From Bacteroidota bacterium (GTDB lineage: Bacteria; Bacteroidota; Bacteroidia; Flavobacteriales_D; Crocinitomicaceae), in assembly GCA_016868915.1 (NCBI GenBank), contig VGFL01000001.1:1-58648 (forward strand): a stretch of DNA of 58,648 nucleotides. Reading direction: 5' to 3'. Shown piece by piece: positions 37,101 through 45,278 of this stretch (position 1 is the stretch's first letter; each line of letters starts with the position of its first letter). Position numbers and translations under genes: made by a program. The notes beneath the pieces are model-generated. The model had not been told where the DNA came from and searched no databases. It was given only the letters and a program-made list of their open reading frames with translations.

Positions 37101-38475
37101 ATTCGCCGACTTGATACGTTTCACCGTTGTATGTGTATTCATATGCAACAGCCAAAACTTCATCATTATTTAGGGGGGAATTCAATGATATAAATCCCAA
37201 TAAGGCATTGTAGGTGTATTCCTGTTCGGTCAATTTTCTTGCATTTTCAACTTTTTCATAATGAATGGCCTGGTCAAAAGGACCCGGGGCCAAAACCTGA
37301 GTGGTTAAAACACTTACGGCACTTGAAAAATCTCGAATTTGAGGCTGAGAAGCCGCCCACGAATATAAATTGTTGGCTTCATTGTCCGGTATTTGAAGAT
37401 TGCTATACCCTCCGGGATTTCCTTGGCAATTTTCTTGTTTTGCCTCCCCTATATCCGAAAATGCAATTACATTTCTCGTGTTTTCTGGATTATTAGTTCT
37501 ATTCGTCAGCCACACTTCAATTCGAGTTATATATGCAGTAGAATTGGCAACAGGTAATGTTGCCATTGCGGCATCATAATTGTCGCGGTGATACATATTC
37601 AAAAAGTAGTGTCTATTTGCTTCGTATCTATCTGCATTTAGTTCAAATTTTTGGATCTGCGCCTTTCCTGTTATGTTAATTTCTTGTCTTTTCCCCTTTG
37701 ATGTTGCCGCAAATAAATCCCAATAAGATCTCCCAAATTTCAATTGTGCTTTAGCCCCGAACAAAGTTGTAGAGCCTTGGATAAGAGAAGTTGGGGTGTC
37801 AAAAGTGATTTGGCCAAGTGCAATTTTTTGAAGTATTTGATCTTCATTCCCCGTGTGCTCTAACTTAGAAATATTATCAAAATCAAAAGCCGCCTGTGTA
37901 TTATAACTTGTATTAATTTTAAGCTTAGTTCCTATTTGTCCCACTAAATTCATTTGAATTTGTTGATTAAAATCAAAACGTGTTATTTGTCGTTGGCGGA
38001 GTGGTAAAATTGGGTTATCATATCTCGAGTAATTAGCCCCGAGGGAAATCTCAACCTGTCCTTGAGGCGTTAAAACTATTTGATTCCCGCCAAAAAAATC
38101 CGCAAAAAGTTTGCTCCCCACCTTTATAGGTAATTCAAACGGTCTCCCCTCCTCGGTTTGTTCTTCGATTTTTTTTTGCCAATTTAACGTAGTTGATTTT
38201 TTTCGTTCATACTCCAAATACTCTTCGAGAGTCATCATTGATGGATACCTATAATACAACCCGTTACTTAATTTTTCAACAAACATATACTGTCCAGTAA
38301 CAGGATCGTATACTATTGTTTTTTGAACGGAGGTGGGGTCGCCAAAATCAAAGCTTTGTGGGTTGTTTAAACTCGGGTCAAGAGGGTTGCTAATGGGAAA
38401 TTGAAGCGTAGTGTCCTGGGCATAAACTCCTGAATATAAAAGAAAAAGAAAAAAGAATTTTAAATGGCTTTTCAC
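31165..38475 (-). CDS. sprA: T9SS translocon / gliding-motility cell-surface protein SprA (Sov)
   Basis: 2436 aa. Signal peptide ends in VYAQ. Size and N-terminal region (FPISNPLDPS...VYDPVTGQYMFVEKL) are typical of SprA. Giant beta-barrel composition. The start codon is GTG (38473-38475). Confidence 0.9.
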   Translation of the reverse strand: MKSHLKFFFLFLLYSGVYAQDTTLQFPISNPLDPSLNNPQSFDFGDPTSVQKTIVYDPVTGQYMFVEKLSNGLYYRYPSMMTLEEYLEYERKKSTTLNWQKKIEEQTEEGRPFELPIKVGSKLFADFFGGNQIVLTPQGQVEISLGANYSRYDNPILPLRQRQITRFDFNQQIQMNLVGQIGTKLKINTSYNTQAAFDFDNISKLEHTGNEDQILQKIALGQITFDTPTSLIQGSTTLFGAKAQLKFGRSYWDLFAATSKGKRQEINITGKAQIQKFELNADRYEANRHYFLNMYHRDNYDAAMATLPVANSTAYITRIEVWLTNRTNNPENTRNVIAFSDIGEAKQENCQGNPGGYSNLQIPDNEANNLYSWAASQPQIRDFSSAVSVLTTQVLAPGPFDQAIHYEKVENARKLTEQEYTYNALLGFISLNSPLNNDEVLAVAYEYTYNGETYQVGELSTDGAQGQQALILKLLKPTITNPRNKIWDLVMKNVYSIGAFQVDQTGFKIDILYNNRETSVNIPYFPMSGVDDRQIVTLLDMDKLNQNNQPFSDGVFDFIPFTITGNKLENGGTINKKNGRIYFSTVEPFGKTLKDKLQAAGIAQTLIDQVVYTELYDSTITAAQQIPSKNRFSFKGEYQSSVTSDIPLNALNVPEGAVTVSAGGINLTEGVDYTVDYNLGRVKILNSGILESNTPIKITIESNSVFGFQARSMLGARYSYRMSDKFNFGATWVRMLERPVTQKVDIGNEPFKNTMIGADLAFKTNLPLLTKVIDWLPGISTSAMSSLSFTGEVARLIPGQPRAINREGTSYVDDFEQAQNTIDLRQFSAWRLASIPQGQPDMFPEAQYKSLAAGFKRSNLSWYVIDPVFYQGNNLTPQHIKQNPQMLADSRMRLVNQVDIFPNLQMQYGSIPNIPVLDLAYYPKERGMYNYDTTANINPDGTFTNPESRWGGIMRALNTNDFELTNIEFIQFWVLDPFNDDAENQNPNSTHTGGDFYINLGNISEDILPDSRKSFENGLPPLGTDISDNLDTTVWSKISTQQVVVNAFDNNPDSRLNQDVGLDGWKSQEEEQAYQNFINWVNTTPNLSNTAKNKILSDPSNDDYNYYLDDNYDTDTLTILERYKKYNGMEGNSPTQEMSDTANSDGYPTQATNQPDIEDINQDNNLSETESYFQYRISMRPSDMQVGKNFITNVQTYQNGNKTERWYQFKVPLNGFERKVNGIQDFRSIRFMRMFLNNFDEEVVLRFARLELLRSEWRRYLLDLNQPGLSVQTDPNLTTFNIGAVNVEENDQRTPVKYEVPPGIVREIDPSQVYQRQLNEQSLSLEVCNLQDGDARATYKNVQFDVRTYKKLKMFVHAEEVNPNTLKNKDLTLFVRLGTDFVENYYEYELPLDVTPWYSTAAEDIWPQNNNVEIVFDDFLNLKKERNQKVEAGATGVSYIIEYSDLDPKNPNRKIKVKGNPNFQGLKTIMIGVRNPLKNDPNNIWKPDNGDAECANLWVNELRLTDFVSEGGDAAIGQMRFQVADVAVVSASGNYSGINWGSVESRVQERQRFERIGFDLNTTIQLGQFFGKQTRISLPFFYGYSLGIINPEYDPFNPDVKLSDYDIETRKEKAKLGQDFTERRSYNFSNVRKEAKAGSAPGFWKITNWSANYSFSEVLRRDFNINYDKTKTFTGSLNYNYTFGSKPWEPFKKWKPVQKSKWFKLVKETNVFFLPKNLSFANNISRIYNERQIRNNLVPTYEFAPIYLKKFDWIRDYTVGYDLTKNIKATFTASNKAIFEEGNNRVDRKLDPAGYREYLDTLRSQIGTFGRTMDYTHNYSLSATVPFDKFPLTDWISLNGKYAGTFNWQRSPLGQSEFGNTIQNNRTINFIGQANLVNFYNKVPFFKRVLGGGKNPRGKLDLKDSKGNNDASGKNNPADAKKEEKEQIDKKKEEEMLAKMTPKEKKRYLRKKRKDSKKKKREQKAKEKPNVILAAGSRVVMTVRNISGTYSLTDGTLLPGFNQETQILGMNNSTYGLSSFVFGQQGYDLFGRRNDYNVATLASSNGWLVQNSNLNRAFTTTHTENLNMRASLEPMKDVIIELTLNRNYSRNSSEFYRWNQEESIFEGQSKVETATLTYTNLTIGSAFGFLDSRDYSSETFTTLLNNRELVSSLLGQQNANSSSISNSVYFEGYSGSQQEVVLGAFLTAYGNTKVNNQTINPIKNTPLPNWSVNYNGLTKYNFVKKFVKNFVIKHGYSSTVSVNGMQTNLNAEFDANGHAIGRDLNNNFIADLQVQNVVLTERFNPLLGIDATWNINGQGLITKFEYKKDRSATLSLNNNQVTEILGNEMVIGTGYRFSKVKLPFEKIPASDVNVRFDFSLRDNLTVIRKIVESTNQATAGQRVISIKASADYNLSKNLTLQFYYDQVLNTPKIATAYPTQNLSTGFKLRFNLAGVQ

Positions 38476-38506
38476 AAAATTTCCTTGTTGAATAAATTTC
38501 CCGCTT

Positions 38507-39082
38507 CTACAATAGTTTTAATGCCCCCTTAATGAGTTCCTCAACAGATTGGTCTTCCGTATTTATTTTATCCAAAACTTTATCTATGAGTTTTTTATCA
38601 AAACCAAGGGACATCAATGCATTTAACGCATCAAACCTATTTGTATTGTGATGAGAAAATATATTTTCCGAGGCAGTAGATATTTTTACTATTTTATCTT
38701 TTAAATCAATTATTACGCGTTGAGCAGTTTTGGCGCCAATTCCTTTAATTCCCTGAATGGTTGCAACATCACCAGACTGAATTGCATGTGCTACATCATC
38801 TGGAGTTAGGGAGGACAACATAATCATTGCTGTATTTGGGCCAATGCCCGAAACTGATATGAGAAGGTTGAATACTTCTCGTTCCTCTTTGGTGTGGAAG
38901 CCATATAGTAAATGTGCATCCTCACGAATAATTAATTTAGTAAAAATACAAATCGCCTCTTCTGGCCCAATGGCTGAATAAGTGTTTAAAGATATTTTAA
39001 CTTCATACCCAACCCCCCCGCAATCAATAAGTAATTCTGTAGGGTTTTTTTCTATCAATCTACCATTTAACTGACTAATCAT
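38507..39082 (-). CDS. ruvA: Holliday junction branch migration complex subunit RuvA
   Basis: 191 aa. The N-terminus MISQLNGRLIEK...CGGVGYEV is an OB domain. HhH motifs VSGIGPNTAM and IKGIGAKTAQRVI. Confidence 0.9.
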   Translation of the reverse strand: MISQLNGRLIEKNPTELLIDCGGVGYEVKISLNTYSAIGPEEAICIFTKLIIREDAHLLYGFHTKEEREVFNLLISVSGIGPNTAMIMLSSLTPDDVAHAIQSGDVATIQGIKGIGAKTAQRVIIDLKDKIVKISTASENIFSHHNTNRFDALNALMSLGFDKKLIDKVLDKINTEDQSVEELIKGALKLL

Positions 39083-39086
39083 ATTA

Positions 39087-41348
39087 TTAATTTTGAGCGT
39101 CGATTACTGCGATTTTTACCATATTTATTATTTCACGAACCGAACTGCCTAATTGAAGGATGTGAATCGGCTTTTTTAAACCAATTAAAATAGGACCTAT
39201 TGCCTCCCCTTCTAACATTTGCTGAAGCATTTTGTATGCAATATTACCTGCTGAAAGATTCGGGAAAATTAAGGTGTTTACTTCTTTATTCGCCAAATGT
39301 GAGAATGGAAACTTTTCCAACATCATTTCACTATTTAATGCGAAGTTGGCTTGCATTTCCCCATCGACAATAAGATTTGGATGTTTTGTATGCAATATTT
39401 TTACGGCAGCACTCATTTTTTCTGGGTCTTCGCCGGGAGATGAACCAAAATTAGAGTAACTCAAAAGAGCAATACGGGGAGTTATTTTTAATTTTCGAAT
39501 TGTTTTTGCAACATTTACTGTTATTTCAGCGATTTGCTCTGCAGTCGGATTCAAATTAACAGTTGTATCTGCCAAGAAAAGAGGGCCTCTCTTTGTAATT
39601 AAAATATAAATACCGGCTACAACATTAACATCTTTTTGAAGGCCTATTGTTTGTAAAACGGTTTTGATAAAAGACCTGTAACTGCGAGTTACACCTGTAA
39701 TCATCGTGTCCGCATGCCCAGAATCAACCATCATTGAACCAAAATGATTTCTCTCTCGCATAACCTGGATAGCCTCAAATTCAGTGTATCCTTTACGTTT
39801 TCTTTTTTCAAAGAATGCTTTGCCATAAGTTATTCTTCGCTGCTCCTCTTCTTCTGACTTAGGGTCTATTACTGTTTTTTCCGGCAAATCAATACCATAT
39901 TCCTCTAATAAATCTTCTATTTTTTCTCTTTTACCCAACAAAATTGGATAAGCAACTCCCTCCTCATATGAAACTTGGGCCGCCTTGAGAATTTGAATAT
40001 TATCTCCCTCTGCAAAAACAACCTTCTTTGGGTTTTCCTGTGCTTTTGAAGTTATGTTACGAAGAAGCTTATTGTCAAGTCCTAATCTAGTTTTCAATGT
40101 TGCCTCGTACTCATCCCAGCTTAATATAGGGTTTTTGGCAACTCCTGAGTCCATTGCTGCCTTAGCCACTGCAGGAGCAACGTAATGTATTAACCTTGGA
40201 TCCAGGGGTTTGGGTATTATTTGCTCTCTTCCAAATGAAATATTTTTTTCACCATATGCTTGAATTACTTCCTCAGGTATCGTTTCTTTGGCAAGAACTG
40301 CAATAGCTCGAACGGCAGCTAATTTCATTTCTTCATTTATCGTCGTTGCACGAACGTCTAATGCACCGCGGAAAATAAAAGGAAACCCGAGTACGTTATT
40401 AACTTGATTTGGATGATCAGATCTCCCAGTAGCCATAATTATATCTTTTCTTACTGCAGTTGCATCTTTGTACGATATTTCGGGTTCTGGATTGGCAAGA
40501 GCAAATACAATTGGATCATTTGACATGGAGCTAATCATAGATTTGGTAACAAGTCCAGAGCGTGATAGCCCTAGAAATACATCAGCACCAACAAATGCTT
40601 TTTCAAATAAAATATCATTTTCATGAATCGCAAAATAATCCTTGTATTGATCTAAGTCTTTTCTTGCTTTTGATAAGAGTCCTCGCGAATCATACATCAA
40701 AATGTTTTCTAATTTGGCACCAAGAGAAATGTAAAGTTTAACACAAGACATTGCAGATGCCCCTGCGCCGGAAACAACAATTTTCACTGCACTAATTTCT
40801 TTCCCCGCTAATTCTAACGCATTTATGAGTGCCGCTGAAGAAATAATTGCAGTTCCATGTTGATCGTCATGCATAACTGGAATGTCCAACTCTTCTTTTA
40901 ACCGCTTTTCGATCTCAAATGCTTCCGGGGCTTTAATGTCCTCTAAATTTATCCCTCCGAATGTTGGAGCAATTGCCTTAACGGTTTGAATAAACAATTC
41001 TGGATCACTTGCGTCCATTTCAATATCAAATACATCAATATCAGCAAATATTTTAAATAAAAGCCCTTTGCCTTCCATAACGGGCTTAGATGCTTCAGGA
41101 CCAATATCTCCCAAGCCTAATACGGCTGTACCATTTGAAATTACAGCAACTAGATTGGCTTTACTTGTATATTTGTAAACGTCTTCTTTATTTTCGGCGA
41201 TTTTTAGACACGGTTCTGCTACTCCAGGGGAATACGCTAACGATAGATCGCGTTGAGATGCATAGGGCTTAGTAGGAACAACTTCGATTTTTCCTGGTTT
41301 CCCGGCCGAATGATAATCCAAAGCTTCCTGTTTTCTGACTTTAGCCAT
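39087..41348 (-). CDS. maeB: NADP-dependent malic enzyme (malic enzyme fused to a PTA-like domain)
   Basis: 753 aa. N-terminal malic enzyme motifs ([32 protein letters not shown]). The C-terminal half is phosphate-acetyltransferase-like. Confidence 0.9.
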   Translation of the reverse strand: MAKVRKQEALDYHSAGKPGKIEVVPTKPYASQRDLSLAYSPGVAEPCLKIAENKEDVYKYTSKANLVAVISNGTAVLGLGDIGPEASKPVMEGKGLLFKIFADIDVFDIEMDASDPELFIQTVKAIAPTFGGINLEDIKAPEAFEIEKRLKEELDIPVMHDDQHGTAIISSAALINALELAGKEISAVKIVVSGAGASAMSCVKLYISLGAKLENILMYDSRGLLSKARKDLDQYKDYFAIHENDILFEKAFVGADVFLGLSRSGLVTKSMISSMSNDPIVFALANPEPEISYKDATAVRKDIIMATGRSDHPNQVNNVLGFPFIFRGALDVRATTINEEMKLAAVRAIAVLAKETIPEEVIQAYGEKNISFGREQIIPKPLDPRLIHYVAPAVAKAAMDSGVAKNPILSWDEYEATLKTRLGLDNKLLRNITSKAQENPKKVVFAEGDNIQILKAAQVSYEEGVAYPILLGKREKIEDLLEEYGIDLPEKTVIDPKSEEEEQRRITYGKAFFEKRKRKGYTEFEAIQVMRERNHFGSMMVDSGHADTMITGVTRSYRSFIKTVLQTIGLQKDVNVVAGIYILITKRGPLFLADTTVNLNPTAEQIAEITVNVAKTIRKLKITPRIALLSYSNFGSSPGEDPEKMSAAVKILHTKHPNLIVDGEMQANFALNSEMMLEKFPFSHLANKEVNTLIFPNLSAGNIAYKMLQQMLEGEAIGPILIGLKKPIHILQLGSSVREIINMVKIAVIDAQN

Positions 41349-41642
41349 TAGAATTTTTTAAGGCCGTAAAGATACAAAATAGAGCTGATTTTCAATATCG
41401 TTATTTGAAGTAATTCTTAAATAATAAAACGAATTTGTGTTTTATTACAAACATTCTTTTTTTAGGCAAATCACTTATAATCAATTAAATATCTGATTTT
41501 ATCTAATTATAAACGAATAATATTCGACAACAAATGCTTAAAAACCGAAACCGATTTGATGCTTGATAAAACTTTGCACTGTCGATTTGAACAAAACAAA
41601 TCATAGGACACATAATTTTTTCAAACCTTAATTTTTACAAAC

Positions 41643-42008
41643 ATGAATGCACTAAGAAACAAAGTGAGTTTGATCGGAAGACTGGGAGTAAATCCCGAAG
41701 TATTAAAATTTGAATCGGGCAAAACACTCGCTCGCTTCACACTTGCCACAAATGAACCAATTAAAGTAAACGGGTCCTGGCAAGAACAAACGCAATGGCA
41801 CTCCATCACAGCGTGGGGTAAAACAGCCGAAAATATTCAGCGCGTCCTACAGAAAGGGCAGGAGATTATGATGGAAGGGAGATTAGTTCAGCAAAGCTAT
41901 GAAACCAAAACTGGCGAAAAGAAGTTTGGGACTACAATTGAACTCAAAGAATTCTTACTTCTTAACCCGACAGGAAAAAGCCCGGAAATTAAACCAACTA
42001 AAAAATAA
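41643..42008 (+). CDS. ssb: single-stranded DNA-binding protein, short form without an acidic C-terminal tip (paralogue 1)
   Basis: 121 aa. NKVSLIGRLG, ARFTLATN, WHSITAWG and MEGRLVQQSY are OB-fold SSB motifs. Ends in a basic tail, PEIKPTKK. Confidence 0.8.
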   Translation: MNALRNKVSLIGRLGVNPEVLKFESGKTLARFTLATNEPIKVNGSWQEQTQWHSITAWGKTAENIQRVLQKGQEIMMEGRLVQQSYETKTGEKKFGTTIELKEFLLLNPTGKSPEIKPTKK

Positions 42009-42010
42009 AA

Positions 42011-42331
42011 ATGAATCACGTTAATTTAATTGGAAAAGCTTGCTCAGATGCAAAATTTATCATTCTCGGTAACGGTAGAAAAATAGTAAAATTTTCACTT
42101 TCAACAAAAGAAAATTACTTGGATGAAGATGGGAAAATTAAATCCAAAAACACGTTACACAACCTAACTGCTTGGGGAAAGTGGGTGAAAATTCTAGAAC
42201 AAACAGAAATAAAAGGAACCAACCTTGCTGTTGAAGGGAAATTGGTGAGCCGTTTTTATAAAAGTAACGGAAGTACAAGGTTAATTTCTGAAGTAGAAAT
42301 TAACGACTTAACATTAATACAAACAAAATAA
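42011..42331 (+). CDS. SSB-like OB-fold protein, most divergent copy (paralogue 2)
   Basis: 106 aa. NHVNLIGKA, VKFSLSTKE, LHNLTAWG and VEGKLVSRFY. Lacks the first Trp of the WH..AWG motif, and has no linker or tail. Starts 2 nt after paralogue 1. Confidence 0.65.
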   Translation: MNHVNLIGKACSDAKFIILGNGRKIVKFSLSTKENYLDEDGKIKSKNTLHNLTAWGKWVKILEQTEIKGTNLAVEGKLVSRFYKSNGSTRLISEVEINDLTLIQTK

Positions 42332-42336
42332 AAAAT

Positions 42337-42663
42337 ATGAAAACAGTAAGAAATCACATCACATTAATTGGAAACATAGGGTCAGCTACCAAGATTACAA
42401 AATTTGAAAATGGAAAAAGCGTTGCCCGCTTCAATTTAGCAACAGATAATCTCTACCGAAATAATGCTGGAAAGTTTACTAAATCAGTCGAATGGCACCG
42501 AGTATTCGCTTGGGGAAATATGGCTGAATTCATTGAAAAATATGGGGATAAAGGCAAAAAAGTAGCCATCCACGGTCGACTTGTAAACAGGTCTTATTTA
42601 TCAGAAAAAGGGGTGAAAAATTACATCACTGAAGTTGAATTAAAACAAATTATTGGGCTTTAA
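42337..42663 (+). CDS. ssb: single-stranded DNA-binding protein, short form without an acidic C-terminal tip (paralogue 3)
   Basis: 108 aa. NHITLIGNIG, ARFNLATD, WHRVFAWG and IHGRLVNRSY. Stops right after the last OB strand. Starts 5 nt after paralogue 2. Confidence 0.8.
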   Translation: MKTVRNHITLIGNIGSATKITKFENGKSVARFNLATDNLYRNNAGKFTKSVEWHRVFAWGNMAEFIEKYGDKGKKVAIHGRLVNRSYLSEKGVKNYITEVELKQIIGL

Positions 42664-42681
42664 TTTTCTTGATTTTAAAAC

Positions 42682-42712
42682 AAAAAAGGGGATGAGATTT
42701 CATCCCCTTTTT
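42682..42712. terminator. bidirectional intrinsic terminator
   Basis: AAAAAA-GGGGATGA-GATT-TCATCCCC-TTTTT, between the convergent ssb-3 and PorZ-like genes. Confidence 0.8.
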
Positions 42713-42726
42713 TACTACTGCTTTTT

Positions 42727-45051
42727 CTAATTTACCACCAATACCTTGCCGACTTTCTTATCTTTTCCCTGATTCATAGCGCTCCAAATAAGATATACTC
42801 CAGTGGCCACTCGCTCACCATTTAAATTTTTACAATCCCATGATGCTGTCCCACCGTTTGAAGTAGTTTTATAGACAAGGTTACCGGCAATATCCGTTAT
42901 TTTGACGTCTGAATTATAGCGTATTCCCTGAATGGTAACTGGTCCTTGGTGCGTCGGTCTTACAGGATTTGGAAAAACGATAGTATTGGCATACTCAGGG
43001 TCTTCATAAGTCGCATCTGTGCGATAAGAAACCAATCCTTTGTCGGTAATGATAAACAACTCGCCGGTCGATTGATCTAACTTCAAATCATAAATGATAT
43101 CCGAAATCAAAGGTGAATTATCAGTAGTGTGCTGTTCAATTATCTCTGATCCATCGGACGATAATAATAATATGCCTGCGTTTGCTGTTGCAATCCACTT
43201 TCTATTGCCACCATCCACTTCGATATCTGTAATATGCGTAGACCCAAGGACATATTCTACATTTCCTTCAAATTGGACCTTTACGCGTTGGGCATCATAT
43301 TCACCGGGATTCGCGTCAAAAGAAGAAGGTGCATTATATAAGATTGCAAATCCAGCATCTGTTCCAATCCAAATTTCTCCCTCAAAACCAGCTGCGATAG
43401 CGGTAATGTTTTCGGATGGTAAATTGCCATTATTTTCACCTGATTTCAAATTAATGCGTTTATCATCCAATGAGTTTGGAATTGTTCCATTTGTATTGTA
43501 CCCAAACAAACCTGCATTATCTGTTGCACACCAAATATTTCCGTCAAAATCGACAATCATTTTTTTAGTGTATTTGTTTTTAGCGGCAAAGCCTAAATCA
43601 AAATTCATCCAAGAGCCATTATCAACTAATCTTACGTTTAATGGTTTATCACAATACCCATTCAAACACCACAAATTTCCCTTTTCGTCGTAGCAAACAT
43701 CTGAAACCAAGGACCAGCCATTTCCAACCGAAGTAGATTTCAGCGTTGAATTAACTTCTGTGAATACCTGTCCTTGATTATTATTGAAAATAGTTAAAGG
43801 AACTTCTGAATAGGTACAAGTAGCGTATTCATTGGTGTTTTTTGGATTGATTGAAACATCGATAAAGTCAAAAACGTCTAATCCTTCCCAACAATTTTGT
43901 TCATAAACATCCGTTAGGCTCCACGTCTCATTTTCAAAAAAATGAACGCCGTTTTTAGAGAATCCAGGGAGCTTTCCTACTAAATATCCTGATGAAATGG
44001 CTAATTTACCGTCAAAAGAATCCATGGAATAAAAGTATTTATTACTCGTGCCAGAAACTTTAAAAACATCGAAAGAAAAATAATTGGACGGGAACCATAT
44101 AAGTCCTAACTCTAAATCAGAAATCCAAATCCCCTGAGAATTACTTGATGATCGACTTACAAGAAACTCTTGATTAAAGGTGCCAAAGCCATAAAAAAGA
44201 ACTTCGTTAAAATTTTGATCCTGTTCAACATAAGCACCATTCACATTGAAAGCTAATTTCCCATTGTTCAACACATTAATTGAATTTATTTTTGCTTGCC
44301 AGGGAAATGAAGATATTACTTGATATCCAGAGGGAGTTAATTTAACCACCGAGTCAGCGGGTGCACCCTGAACCTGCATTAAAACAACTAAATTGTCATT
44401 GAAATTTTCAATTTCTTTATTCGTAACTCCTGTTTGTGGGAAAATACGTGAGTCTATACTCCACTGCGAGGGGTCTGAAAGAGCAGGATTTGAAAGAGTA
44501 CCGGCCAATAATTTAGTTGGCGATAGAGCAAAAATAGTATCGCCTTTAAAACAAATATCATTTACTGCCTCTAACGAATTAGTTGGGTAATACGTGTCTT
44601 TAATCTCATTTTTAATTGGATCAATTTTTAAAACGGCAAAATCACAAGCAGCATAAATAAAATTTCCGTTTTTTTCAAAACGATTGATTCGTTTGGAATT
44701 AGACATTGAGGCTAGTTCGAGAGCAGGAATATTATAAATTTGTTCATTTTTTAATCTATCAATATTACCGTTCTTATACCCAATGTACAATGATTTATCT
44801 TGATAGTCATAATACAAACAAGAGATTTCAATATCAGACAGTCCATTCAACACATTTAATAATTCTTGGCTTTTATCCGATATTTTTAATGCTGATAGAC
44901 CATTTTCAAATGCAGTATAAATATACTCTTCCGTTGCAACAACATCTATAGCCGTTTTTGTCGTTGAATGAAAACGCCATTCCCCTGTTCCAATTTGTGA
45001 ATGGAACGAAAAGCTAATAAATAATAAAGAAATGAAAGTAAACGTTTTCAT
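42727..45051 (-). CDS. porZ: PorZ-like T9SS protein (double beta-propeller of two-component-regulator-propeller repeats plus a T9SS C-terminal domain)
   Basis: The start at M8 (45051) gives a signal peptide ending in SFHSQ. Reg_prop-like repeats are GNLWCLNG, GNIWCATDNAGLFGY, GEIWIGTDAGFAILY, RKWIATANAGILLL and GELFIITDKGLVSY. CTD-like end is IVFPNPVRP...GVYLIWSAM...KVGKVLVVN. Size of about 775 aa matches PorZ. The orthology call is inference. Confidence 0.55.
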   Translation of the reverse strand: MKTFTFISLLFISFSFHSQIGTGEWRFHSTTKTAIDVVATEEYIYTAFENGLSALKISDKSQELLNVLNGLSDIEISCLYYDYQDKSLYIGYKNGNIDRLKNEQIYNIPALELASMSNSKRINRFEKNGNFIYAACDFAVLKIDPIKNEIKDTYYPTNSLEAVNDICFKGDTIFALSPTKLLAGTLSNPALSDPSQWSIDSRIFPQTGVTNKEIENFNDNLVVLMQVQGAPADSVVKLTPSGYQVISSFPWQAKINSINVLNNGKLAFNVNGAYVEQDQNFNEVLFYGFGTFNQEFLVSRSSSNSQGIWISDLELGLIWFPSNYFSFDVFKVSGTSNKYFYSMDSFDGKLAISSGYLVGKLPGFSKNGVHFFENETWSLTDVYEQNCWEGLDVFDFIDVSINPKNTNEYATCTYSEVPLTIFNNNQGQVFTEVNSTLKSTSVGNGWSLVSDVCYDEKGNLWCLNGYCDKPLNVRLVDNGSWMNFDLGFAAKNKYTKKMIVDFDGNIWCATDNAGLFGYNTNGTIPNSLDDKRINLKSGENNGNLPSENITAIAAGFEGEIWIGTDAGFAILYNAPSSFDANPGEYDAQRVKVQFEGNVEYVLGSTHITDIEVDGGNRKWIATANAGILLLSSDGSEIIEQHTTDNSPLISDIIYDLKLDQSTGELFIITDKGLVSYRTDATYEDPEYANTIVFPNPVRPTHQGPVTIQGIRYNSDVKITDIAGNLVYKTTSNGGTASWDCKNLNGERVATGVYLIWSAMNQGKDKKVGKVLVVN

Positions 45052-45278
45052 GGTATACAATCCGTCATTCAAACGATGAAACTTCGTTTTTGTTGTTTTT
45101 AGTTTATGGTTTTAATTGAAAGGCGCTACAATATTTAAGAGTTCATCAATTTTTTAAGATAAAATTCAATTAAAGATGAATAATCAAAGAAAAATTACAA
45201 TTAGCTTCTCTTCATCAAAAAAATCTACCCTTTAAAAACAACAAAATTCCAGGAGAAAATTGGTTGGTATAACACCCC

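Noticed and set aside
41514-41526. 6-1-6 palindrome CGAATA-A-TATTCG, plus a CGATTTGA direct repeat (about 41553 and 41583), in the 294-bp region upstream of the SSB trio
   Set aside because: Short AT-rich palindromes and 8-mers are expected by chance in intergenic DNA of this composition. There is no second copy or other supporting feature. It is kept only as context for the SSB finding.
41643-42663. SSB trio as a remnant of a conjugative element or prophage
   Set aside because: There is no integrase, relaxase, tra, mob or phage gene, no tRNA or direct-repeat boundary, and no visible compositional break within 15 kb on either side. The flanks are core genes (maeB, ruvA, accBC).
43094-43693. 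199-aa + strand ORF, unusually long for AT-rich DNA
   Set aside because: It lies entirely antisense to the PorZ-like gene, whose repeat motifs and CTD clearly define the coding strand. The product has a low-complexity Ser/Pro composition with no motif. It is a shadow ORF.
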